Shown here: piece by piece, positions 42,260 to 53,789 of the stretch
How positions within the stretch are numbered: the stretch's first letter is position 1
How the letters are laid out: each line of letters opens with the position of its first letter
Assembly (NCBI GenBank): GCA_951406725.2
Contig: OX597814.1
Location: 223,262,001-223,326,000 of the forward strand
Direction: 5' to 3'
DNA: 64,000 nucleotides
DNA from: Octopus vulgaris
Lineage: Eukaryota
Notes under the pieces: generated by a model
Seen by the model: only the letters and a program-made list of their open reading frames with translations
What the model was told of the DNA's origin: nothing
Databases searched by the model: none
Program-made: the position numbers and the translations under genes

Positions 42260-44456
42260 TTTTTTAGACCAAGTAGAGAGAAACAGGGACACACGTTGGA
42301 ACAAAACTTACAGGAGAAACCCAAAGTCATTAACTTATCAAAGAAAACTCTATCCATAATAAAAATCAATATACTAGCCAAATGTTAAAAGTTTACTCCA
42401 ACCCCACGAAGAGCTAACCATAATGAAATTAAAGACAATATTTCGGAAAACTACGACTCGCAGAAGCACTAAATGACTACGACAACGAAGATGAATCACT
42501 GGTCAAAAACAGAAGTAATTACCTTCCACATAAGGGTAGGAATAAATCACTGGATGACTTCTGCAACCATATCCAAAATTTCCCCTACACATCCAATAAA
42601 CGAAAAATTAATTCGAACCTCAACAATCTAGAATGGAAAAATCTGACTGAACTAAAAAACGACAAAGACCTGACAATTAAAGAAGCTGACAAAGGAAGTG
42701 CTGTAGTTCTGATGGACACAGAACACTATAAAAAAACTAGTACTTTCCATATTAGAAAACGAGGCCTTCTACGAAAAGATTATAAACTATAAACAATAGG
42801 CGCAGGAGTGGCTGTGTGGTAAGTAGCTTACTAACCAACCACATGGTTCCGGGTTCAGTCCCACTGCGTGGTATCTTGGGCAAGTGTCTTCTGCTATAGC
42901 CCCGGGCCGACCAATGCCTTGTGAGTAGATTTGGTAGACGGAAACTGAAAGAAGCCTGTCGTATATATGTATATACATATATGTGTGTGTTTGTGTGTCT
43001 GTGTTTGTCCCCCTAGCATCGCTTGACAACCGATGCTGGTGTGTTTACGTCCCCGTCACTTATCGGTTCGGCAAAAAAGAGACCGATAGAATAAGTACTG
43101 GGCTTACAAAGAATAAGTCCCGGGGTCGAGTTGCTCGATTAAAGGCGGTGCTCCAGCATGGCCGCAGTCAAATGACTGAAACAAGTAAAAGAGTAAAGAG
43201 AAAGAGAACAAAAAAACCATGAAAAATCTTGCATCCTTAACTCTTCTACATGGAAAAGGCCTGACAGAAAAAGAAACAGACTACATCACGAACTTCAAAT
43301 GTAAACCCAGTCTTTTTTATGGCCTCCCTAAAATACACAAGTGCAAGATAATCAATGAAGCCTGCAAACAATCACCAGGCAAATATATAAACATCCAAAC
43401 GCCACAAGACTTGATTTTAAGACCCATTGTAGCTGGGCCAGCCTGTGAAACCCACTGATGAGCAATTTTCTAGACATCCTAATGAAACCCTTGCTGAAAT
43501 ACATCAAAAGTTCATTAGGGATGATTTAGACATGTTAGAACACCTACCAAAAACGATTAATGAAGAGGCAGTATTGGTCACCCTCGATGTTATCAATCTT
43601 TACACCAACATCCCCCATGAATATGGAATAAAAGCAATTAAATTCTGGTTGGAAAAGTACCCCCGAAGTCCTCCCGGAACGCATAAACCAGATCTTTATT
43701 ACTGAATCCTTAAAATTTATACTTCAGAACAATTATTTCCTATTTGATGACACATACTATCGTCAGAAATGCGGAATTGTGATGGGGACGAAAGCAGCAC
43801 CTGTTCTTGCGAACCTAATAATGGGTTATTTTGAATTCACCTTATATGAAGTATCACTTCAGAAATATAGTTACCCATTTTACCTCTACATAAGAGAAAA
43901 TTGGAAGCGATACCCGGATGTCTGTTTTATCATCTGGAAGGAGAACATCGACAAACTTAACTGACGTTTATTAGCAAAAGGGATCTGCACAATAGCGTCT
44001 GAAAGAACAACTCGGGACCTTCGTCTTCAAGACCTCAAAACAACACTTATTGAAAGACAATATCCACCCTCTCTTATCGACGAGGGAATTAAACGTGCCA
44101 AACAATTAGACACAAAAACACTAAGAACAAAAAATTTCCTTTTCAAACAAGGACAGAGGTTCACAATTAAAACTAATTTCACCTGTGCCTCTGAGAACTT
44201 AATTAATGTAATAACCTGCTCGGGTTGCAGTCATCAGTACATTGGACAAACGAGTTTAAATTTGAGGAAGATAATCACTCTGCATAAGGAACAAATCCGT
44301 TTCCCGCAATACCGACAAATTCCTCTTAGTGAACACATAGAAAACTGTGGAGGTATCATCAAACCAAATTTTACAGTTTTCCCTTTCTACCAGTGCAAAG
44401 ACACAATCTCTCAACTAGAACGCTTAAATAAAGAAACTTTTTTCATTGAAAAATAA
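42260..44456 (+). pseudogene. PLE reverse transcriptase-GIY-YIG frame with stops, frameshifts, deletions and a SINE insertion
   Basis: ORF pieces 43219-43458, 43445-43705, 43779-43964, 44262-44456; catalytic YxDD reads YPDV. Confidence 0.9.
42797..43206 (+). mobile_element. SINE family B (tRNA head, CORE-like block, internal microsatellite), well preserved, inserted in the PLE RT
   Basis: GGCGCAGGAGTGGCTGTGTGGTAAG...GGGTTCAGTCCC...TTGGGCAAGTGTCTT; (AAAGAG)n tail; possible short TSD AACAA; RT coding resumes after it. Confidence 0.9.
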
Positions 44457-44759
44457 AAAACGCGTCTTCATATGCACGCATAACTAACTTTTATATTTTT
44501 ACATATTACATCACTGTACATAAATCCCCTACTAAACAAGGTCCCCTTTTTTAAACCTGTCTCCTTTCTGTACACGTATTTATTCCCCACCCAAAACCTA
44601 AACAGTTATGTCCCTTACACACAACAATAACAATAATAACAACCAATTACCTCCCTTTACTTGTCAACTTGTAAAATCATTCACTCATGAATTTCATTAC
44701 AAACAACATGGACCAAATTTCTTCTTAAGAAAAAATATATATTCATATAAACTAAACAT

Positions 44760-44796
44760 TACATCATGAATAGCGATTGCGAAACCGGTCGATACA
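44760..44796 (+). ncRNA. Minimal type I hammerhead ribozyme, A3-U8 core variant (right PLE arm, 3' UTR/pLTR)
   Basis: TACATC ATGAATA(44766-72) GCGATTGC GAAA(44781-84) CCGG TC(44789-90) GATACA. Confidence 0.72.
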
Positions 44797-45208
44797 TTAA
44801 AAATTATATTATAACCATGCAAGTGTGCGTATTTTCCTTTTTTTAATTTCTTATATACATTACAATCTACCACGTGGAGACAACTGAAATTCGTCTTTTC
44901 TTTTTCTGTTACTGCTATATATATATATATACATATATATATACATATACATATATAAATATATATATGCACACACACGCACACACATATATATATGTAT
45001 GTATGTTTCAATATACATATATATGTAAATAACGAAAATGAGATTGAGTGCTCAATACCGCATTGGTGGGTAAGATTTCTTTATTTGTGTATTGACACTA
45101 CCAATGTTTTCATGTTAATAAAAATGTCTTAATATCTTAATTTTTGAAGCGCATCACAAGGAGGTGCAGTGTTCGTCTGCACTTTGGATATACATACACA
45201 CATATATG

Positions 45209-45288
<80 letters not shown>

Positions 45289-45299
45289 CGTGGTTTTGT

Positions 45300-46070
45300 T
45301 TTGGAATTAATTAAGCTTGGAAACAACTTGTAGAATCTTTATTGGATTTGTATTAAAAGAGCGTCTTCGCCTATATTTTCTTCCTTTCCTTATAAATTAT
45401 TTATTGAATATACCAATATTGAAATTATAGTTTTTATATATTCTTTACTTGGACTGAACCAGCGAAGTTGGATGTTTAACTTCCGTTTCAAGGATTCTGG
45501 TCCTACATTACAATTGCTTCGCTACTTCGGTAGTCCTGTGTCATTTGTTCAACCTGATAGAAAGGAAAAAAGTGAAATTAATAATATTTTAGCAACTAGA
45601 AGTTTCGTCATTGTATTTGAGAATAAGTTTTGGGTTAGAATGTATAGTTTCGAGGATTTTGATATTCCTATCGGAGCGGCGAATTCCGCTCAAGTTACGG
45701 TTATAGTAGGTATTTACATAGTGTTTAAGCCAGAGAGTGAGTTCCGTTAGGAGTGTTTCTAATATGAAATTGAATCTATATAGAAAGAAGTGTCACTGCT
45801 TTTTTAGAGTTTTATTTTCGAGTTTATATTTTCGTTTGAAATCATCAGATTATTAACTTTGAATTATGGTATTAATTATGTCTTAGTGGATAATATATAC
45901 ATTGGTTTTTAATTTTTTTCTACTCTTTTGATTAGCTAACTCAGTAATTCTTAGTAGTTTTGCTTGGGAATTAATTAGGTTTGAAAACAACTTGTATAAT
46001 CTTTATTGAATTTGTATTAACTTTGTGTTAAAAGATCGTCTACGCTTATATTTTTTCCTTTCCTTCTACT
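45300..46070 (-). mobile_element. Older PLE relic (GIY-YIG end) with ~90-bp direct repeats at both ends
   Basis: GGAATTAATTA-G-TT-GAAACAACTTGTA-AATCTTTATTG-ATTTGTATTAA...TTCCTTTCCTT at 45303-45391 and 45967-46065; minus-strand ISLFPFYQVE resembles FTVFPFYQC of the neighbouring PLE; bounded by (TA)n. Confidence 0.5.
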
Positions 46071-46084
46071 TTATATATATATAT

Positions 46085-46128
<44 letters not shown>

Positions 46129-46143
46129 GTATGAATGTATGTA

Positions 46144-46205
<62 letters not shown>

Positions 46206-48579
46206 TTAAGAGACAAAACCTCTATTAAGAAATTCAATTAATAATGGAAGATTATCTATAATAAATCATATAGATAGAATGTAAATATATTATAAGAAAT
46301 ATTATTCTAAAAATCACTAAATTAAATAAACATTAAATTAACAACGCGCAATAATATATATATATATATTCACATGCGCTGTAATCAATAAAAGACTATA
46401 CAGTGTTGCAAAGGTGGGGATAACAAGAATGCTGAGCAAACAAGCTACAATAATTATCACAATGGTATGTGATCCTAGTTTTCTAGATTCTTCTCCCACT
46501 TCATTGTGTTATTCATCGTGAAAATCTGTCAGCTAGATACTTCAGGTATGTGTATGTAAGTAAAAGTGACTTTGAGACTGTAATTTCTCTACTCGTAAAT
46601 GGTGTGACCTATCAATATTTCAGAAATTTCAGTGAAGAAATGGAGATTCGAAACAAATGCATTCATTGCTCTTCTATTACAATAATACGTAGATGTTAAT
46701 TGATACCCCACATTTAATAGCTGAGCTTGTGAATCTCCTAGAAATAGTTTTATTTGTGGGGAGGGTTAATAGAATAACCAAAGCGTCAACTAGAAAATGA
46801 TGCATGTTTACATGTCCCTTACTGACATAATGCATCCTCTCCGAACAGGCAACTTGTAACATTTTTGGACAATGTTTATCTTTTAGAAAAAAAAATGAAA
46901 GAATTTCAGTCACACTTGCGATCTCAGTAGGAGAATAAATTCATTCGCTCATAAGATTAGAAACTAAGAGAGTACAAATTTAATTTACAAGTATGACTTC
47001 ATAATTTTCTAATCAGTTTCGGTTACCCTCTAGAGAGTGAAGCCGTTATTTACCTTTCTCTTAAATATATTTATGCTTAACATAATCATTGTTTGATTGT
47101 ATAAGTTTCAGTACTGCAATTACAGAAAAAATGTATTTTGGAAATGAACAAATGAAACTTCAAAGTCTGGTTCCCCAAACTATTCAGAAGTGCTAGTATA
47201 CAAGTGAGTTCTGAAAACAACCACCAGAAAGAATATATCCCTCACCAAGCGTAATTTTCAGGGCAGCATATTGCCGTGAAACACAATAATTTGTAAAACA
47301 GTTTGTGAAATCCGAATCGTAGAGCAAATCTTACAAATAAATCCTCACTAAAGCTAAATGATACAGTCTTGACAACATGTTGATGTATTGTCTATGAAAC
47401 ATAAATCACATGGAGACCAATAACTCTAATATAAGTAAACAGCGATGAAGATGATGGTAATCGAAGTATTCATATTTAGTCAGAGTAGTATAAGACTGTA
47501 ATTTTGCAAAATGGCGTATGTGGCAAATATGTAATTTATTGATTTGCGGTTTTACATATTTAAATCTTGTTTGACCAAATATTATTTAAGCCGAATAAAT
47601 AAATGATACTTCTTTTCATGCATAGCTTTAGCAGTTTATTTTTGATACAACAAAGTAAATTTGCATATTGTTCTTTAATGGCTCCGTTCCTCATTACGGT
47701 ATTAGATAAACCCAATATTGATAATACAATCTTGTACCAAAGATTTTGTAAACACTTGGCATATGAGTATGAGGCTCTTTAAAACATACACAATTTGCAT
47801 AAATAAATATTATCTGACACATTTGGTTTTTAAAATTCGTACACCATGATTTGTCATGAAATGTGTATTTAACAATAAAAACGTGAGTAAATTTCGTCCA
47901 AATGTTTGTGGCTATCACACATCTGAATTTATACAATGTGGTTTTTCTATCAAGTGTGTTTTGCTATCCATGATATATATACTTACTAGTCCGTTACTTT
48001 TCGCCTGTGTATTCACATGCTATGAGCAACAATTTGCCTTACGTACAACCGACTTCCTAATAAAAGATCTTTTTTTGGGATATCAAAAGAAGTCAATTGG
48101 TACATTATGTAAAGATGAAACGGATATTCATGTTCTGTTTTGTGCTTGGTTTTTTTTTAGGTTGTTGCTAGAATATATACTCTCCCTTTCTCTCTTTCCC
48201 ATTTCCCTTTTTCTTTCTTCCTCTATCTTTCTTTCTCTCTCTCCCCGTCTATCCTTCCCCCTCTCTCTCTCTTTCACTTTCCTGTCGCGGTCAATTCTCT
48301 TTGTTCCTCATTGAATCTGAATTCTTTTTTTGTCATTTCCTATCAATGAATGTCCGTATGCGTGTATAAATATGTGTATAGTAATATGTGCGTATACGTA
48401 CATGTCTGTATGCATTTTTGTTTCCCTTTTATTTTATAATTTTCCTACTAAGTGACCCCTTCCCAAATATACCAAAATATGATTCTCTGTGAATAGCCTA
48501 CTACTCTATTTAGAGGTGTATGAACAAATACACTTTGACCTATTTAAATTATACTAACACACACGAAGATGTCTGGGTC

Positions 48580-48639
<60 letters not shown>

Positions 48640-49018
48640 GCACATACATACATATACGCACAAACACACACACACACACATATATAAGGCTTAATGCAAC
48701 TTTTAGTTTGTTCCTCATAATTTAGAACATAAAGGATTTTTGCTAGCACAAAACCTATATACAGTAAGATTTAAACATGGATAAAAAAATAATCAACATT
48801 ATTTTCAAAAGTTGAACGAGTTTATTTCTCCACACTAGAATACCCAACTTTAACAAAAGTTAATAAATTTTAGGTGATGAGTATAATAGACATAATCGAC
48901 CAGATGTTTTAACTGCTCTTTCTTTTATCTTCAACACAAGGGTAACATATCCAATTTTAAATACTACCGAAACGCGGAACTAAACTTATTCCGATTCCAC
49001 AGTAACAGGGATACGTAA

Positions 49019-51244
49019 CACTGAACAACAATGAACAGTTTTTACCACAGATAACGAAAATAAACTCTGTTTTCATGAACTCGTGATTCGTAAAATGGGC
49101 CATCATTAAACGGTATGTTTTTGCTAGAAAGTGGGACGTTTTCTATGAAAAAATGTTATTTTCATAGAATTTAAGCGAGTTTTCTGCAAAATGGGCTGTT
49201 ATTGATAGTAAATACGTTATTTGCGTCTTTTATTAAAGGAAGAAAATCTATTTTTTAGTACAATATTTATGTTTCTTTCTCTGTATTTCATCAGGTCTAC
49301 CACTCTGAGGAAAACAGCAGCAGCCTTCATGCATGGCGGGACTTTCCGTCCGTCCCCTTATATCGAGATTCCATTTCATTTATGTCTTGGTGGAATCTCT
49401 CACAATGTTCATCGCTGTCGTCTATTGCATTCTGAGGAAATAAAGCTAGATGCGAGTGCACATAGCGAAATTTTAACGACATATTACACCCCAATGATTT
49501 GTACAAATCAGTTAAATTTTCTACATGTACTTCATAGTTGGCTGCTCTGTGTTTCCCTAGTAGACCATTACGTACGTTTCTGAAAATTTGCCATACATCC
49601 AGTTCCGATACATTTAAGTTGTCTTCAAAATTATCGTCTAGCAAAAGTTGCCCAATTTGGGGACCGACAAACACCTCTTCTTCGATTTTCGCATGGCTTA
49701 GTTTGGAGAACTTAGTTTTCAAGTACAAAAATGGTGGCTCTTCTACATTTAAGTCTTTAAACTGTTTGATAAGGCCTAATTTAATATGCAATGGAGACAA
49801 AATTATTTTCTCCTTAGGAACTCAAGGCCATTCACTACGGATGTAAAGCTCTTGTTGAACACGGCTGTCCTATTGACACGAAATGCGCATGTACTTAGTA
49901 AACCCAGCCTGTAAGCCACTTGCAATTGCTACAACTTTCAGGTCTGCATAAATCAGCCATTTGTGCTCATTATATCTTATATAACCTAATATAAACGATA
50001 AACTTTTGTATGTTTCCTTCAGAACAACAGAATGAACTACAGGAATTGACGGAAGTTCATTACCTATGTGCAGTAGCACAGCTTTAGTACTATAACCCGA
50101 AGCGTCTATGAATAGCCTCCACTCACTAGGGCTGTAATTTAAGTCAAGCTCTTCAAAGGGTCCCAGTATGTCGTTACAATAATACAAGGTGCCATTCATT
50201 TCAAATTTTCCTATTAAATCATGTGTACGTTTTCGAAATTTTGTAATGCTGTCATCTTGAGTTGCCAAATTTCTTTCCTGTAACCTAGAAGCCAGTACCT
50301 CGCTCTGCATTTTCGTTATTCCAAAATCCCGAACAAGATCGTTTAACTCATCCTGTGATAGGGGTTTCGGCCTGGACTGTACAGATGCAGACACATACAA
50401 TTCATCTTGTTCATAATTCTCCTCTGATTCACTAGTATTGGATAAAACCATTTTTGAGGGTACCGCAGGTATCGAAATGCTGGCCGAATGAGGTACAGGC
50501 TGAATGGCAGATTTCAGACTCGGACACACCACCGACGACGCACTCTTCGCTGTTATACCTGTTAAGAAAATAAATCATATTATAGCATTTCCTATATTTT
50601 AATGTATCGAATAAAAATTTAAATATTTAGATAAATATATGCGCGGTTTAATGCAAAATAAAACCAAATTTACCTTTAACGTCTGCAAGACAGAAATAGC
50701 AGTCAGAATGGTGGTCTTGTGGTTCACGCCAAGTCATTGGAATGCCAAGCGGCATACTTCTTGACTTTCCCAAAGGCCATTTTGGAAGACCATTGGTACA
50801 TGTTGTGCAACAGATATGTGGTGCACAACTTTTATCTTGGTCTCCTATCTTAAGACCAAAATATAAGTAATACTGTTTTGTTTTGTCTTTACCAACGGCG
50901 TAATGTTTCTTGCATTCTTCTTGTATGTCACAGCGCCACAGATATATCAAAATTTGTATGGGTGATTTCTACACTGCCATCTTGGCATTTTCATGCAATT
51001 TTTATTGTAATTAAAGAACTAATTAAATATTTCTAGGTATTTTATATTGTTTTCTCTGAAAATCTGGAAAAAAAAAACAAATTAAATTATATAAATACCC
51101 TCATATTAAAAAGCCCAATTACCATAAACTAAAGTGATTCTGTGAGAAACAGCTACCATTTTTATGATCTACGCATAAAGTTACCCTAGAGAACGCTAGT
51201 CTCATCTCTGTAGTCGAAATAATGTTCGTTTTTGTTGTACAGTG
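49019..51244 (-). mobile_element. Chapaev3 (CMC superfamily) DNA transposon, full length but decayed
   Basis: Termini CACTGAACAACAA (49019) and reverse complement CACTGTACAACAA (51244); 3-bp TSD TAA at 49016-49018 and 51245-51247; transposase inside. Confidence 0.85.
49248..50988 (-). pseudogene. Chapaev3 transposase, two exons (intron 50559-50673), with stops and frameshifts
   Basis: MPRWQCRNHPYKF*YICG, YFGLKIGDQDKSCAPHICC, WREPQDHHSDCYFC, DLVRDF, WRLFIDAS, DLKVVA, PLHIKLGL, VGPQI, MSLKFRYVHSHL, SDEHCERFHQDI; removing the GT..AG intron gives DVKG|ITAKSASSVVCPSL in frame. Confidence 0.85.
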
Positions 51245-52504
51245 TAATTTAATCATCCGAATATTAATATCCATTTGGGAATGTCGGTATATTGCCAAAT
51301 ATGCTCGTAGACAGGGGCACAAGCTTCCATAAATATGGAAATTTTATCCACTATGTATAGCATACGATTGGTATGAATATTAAACATAAATGAATTCGAA
51401 TTTCTCTCTAGAATTATATCAGTTTGGATTAAATCCACTGCTATGAAGTAACACTTGTCTAAATATTAAGTGAGAACATCTACAGTAATAATATAATTTA
51501 AAGGCAACACTGAAATCCTCTAACTTTAAATCATGGCCTGTAACTATATATATAAATCCATTATAAGCGAGAGAAGCAATATTAGATTAAAATAGTCCTC
51601 TGTGTATCATAGTTAATGTGAATCCCAAGTAAATTTACTGCACTATTTATCCGGAGATAAGATTACTTATAAATATGAAATTTGAATATAAATATATAGT
51701 TGTTAAATATATAAATTCGCAGACACACCAATGCATCACTTAGAATACCCCCTCGTTATTTGCTCAGAGTTTCCGCGTTCTCTGTTCAAACTTCGCCGAG
51801 ATTAAGCTTCGCTTGTTATCTTATAGGAGTAAATAAAATGATATTGATCCGGCGCAGTTTGTTACTGGTCCGACTGTGGGTCGGACACGGTGATTTTCGT
51901 GATTTCCGACTCGTTACACTCTCACAGATACAGCTACGTCGTCACCGAAACCGAGAAGTATCAGCCTAAGACACCGGCTTCCTTTAAATAAACATCAGTT
52001 GTCTATAGAGATGAGAATAACGTTTTCTGGGGTAGTTTTATGCGGAGATCACGAAAATAGCAGCCGTTTCTCACAGAATGACTCCAGTGTATGGAAATTC
52101 GGCTTTTTATGTTACCTTCATTAAAGTATGACGTTAACTATTCATACCAATAATAAGCTATACATAGTGGATAAAATTTCCATACTTATGGAAATTTGTG
52201 CCTCTGTTTACGACAAGACGTTAGTCTTCCCAAAATATTTTCAAGGTAAATCCTGAACGACGGACGCTCTGTGTGAATCATTACATGAATTTTATTGTGT
52301 AGCATCGTTCTGACTTTCTTTTCTTCCCGGTGTATCAAATGAGATATTATAAATTTGTCTATACTGAATGTGCGAACTTTAGATGCTATGGGGATATAAA
52401 GGCAACATTCAAAATCCCATCTTCAGGTAACGCACTTAGGTCAATTCAGCCTGGAAAATCAATTTAAGTTGAAATTAAAATATTTGCGCTAGTACAAATT
52501 TCCC

Positions 52505-52535
<31 letters not shown>

Positions 52536-52571
52536 AGTTTATCTCTCAATCTCTGTCTCTCTTTCCCCCTC

Positions 52572-52633
<62 letters not shown>

Positions 52634-53129
52634 TATAGATATGTATGCATGTATTTTTGTATGTATCTCTATATATATATGTATGTGTGTGTGCGCGTGT
52701 ACGTGTGATATAACACACAGCCTCGCACATATAGCGATCCGGATAACCACGTCACAAATTACACTGAAGGAGCTTGCCACAAACACCTGCTACGTACATC
52801 AAATGTTAATGGTATAATAACTCTTAAGGCAGTAACTGATTTCAGCATAAGATACGAGATTTCATGAATGACAAGGGTGCAGAAGTGAAGCTAGATTTTT
52901 GCCATATTCAGAAAGAAAGAGAATGTGAAATTTTCGATATTCTTTTTAATGGCTACAATGTCAGTTCCACGTTATAGTTATCCGATGAAAACTTTTCTTT
53001 TCAAAGCTACAGGTCTTCCTATCATATCGATGGTGACGGTGACGGTGACACCTTTTCCTTAGGGCAAGAAACAATACGAAGGCTCACAGGTGACAAAAGG
53101 TTCTTAATAACCATCCATACATATATATA

Positions 53130-53480
53130 TATATCATACCATCCCAGAATTCCTGACAGGATCGTTGGGGTGGAGTTCCTCAGGCCCTGCATCCATACGC
53201 TACTATTAGAAGCAACCGTCATTAGATTTTCAGTCTATTTTCCCAAACCTGATCTGCTAAAACTATGAATATCATCGAACAATATCTTTCTTCGTTTCTC
53301 CTAAGTCTCCTGCTGTTTTCCAAGTCTTTCCTGCACATTGTAATCACACGTCTGTAGTACCTCATCTGAATTAGTGTTGCTGAATAACATTAACTGAAAA
53401 ATCTCAGACGATGACCGCGGAGAAGCAGAGATTGTCATGTCGACAATATACGGAATGGATGTGGATCCAGAAGAGCGTCA
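53130..53480 (-). mobile_element. Possible decayed 3' end of an RTE-like LINE
   Basis: Minus strand IQMRYYRRVI...GRLGKQ...KRRKILFDDI; weak resemblance only. Confidence 0.35.
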
Positions 53481-53789
53481 AACGAAATGATTTTGATTTG
53501 TACTTTTAGTGAGTATGTATAACAGCGTATCTATATCACTATTTAACATTATATAAGATTTGTTCTTTTTTTAATAATAAATCAATTGGTATTTTATAGG
53601 AACGCTAAGAAAATCTACCAAACAAAAATTAAAGCAGGTTGTTGAAAGAACCGAAGTGCAAATGCAAATGCACGTAGCTGTCATTGCTTCAAATAATGGC
53701 GAATGTAAATTATATCACTTGTTAAGATTGTTCTTCCTTTTTTTATTTTTTCTCTTCTTGTTCAGCTTCCCCACTATGATTATCTCCCA

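Larger units (their letters stand above)
39998..44916 (+). mobile_element. Penelope-like retroelement (EN+, Neptune/Naiad-like), decayed, with an inverted duplicate of its 3' part on the left
   Basis: RT motifs VINLSKKTL, KFTPTP, IKEADKGSAVV, FYGLPKIHK, LRPIVAG, LDVINLYTNIPH, MGTKAAPVLANL; GIY-YIG region NLINVITCSGC..YIG; 39998-41126 is the reverse complement of parts of 43843-44857; (TA)n at both ends. Confidence 0.92.

Noticed and set aside
43456-43458. In-frame TGA in the PLE RT as possible selenocysteine (as in some Naiad PLEs)
   Set aside because: It falls where Arg is expected (ETH-R-LS), next to a frameshift, consistent with CGA>TGA decay; I could not fold a SECIS in the 3' UTR.
45040-45190. 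Short islands between (TA)n tracts (also 58435-58620, 46200-46355) as hammerhead/pLTR relics
   Set aside because: GAAA..UH-like strings occur but no core or stems could be assembled.
46600-48130. Possible MULE/piggyBac/hAT transposase traces (also ~29400-29900, ~57770-58090)
   Set aside because: No motif strong enough to assign by eye; needs a profile search.
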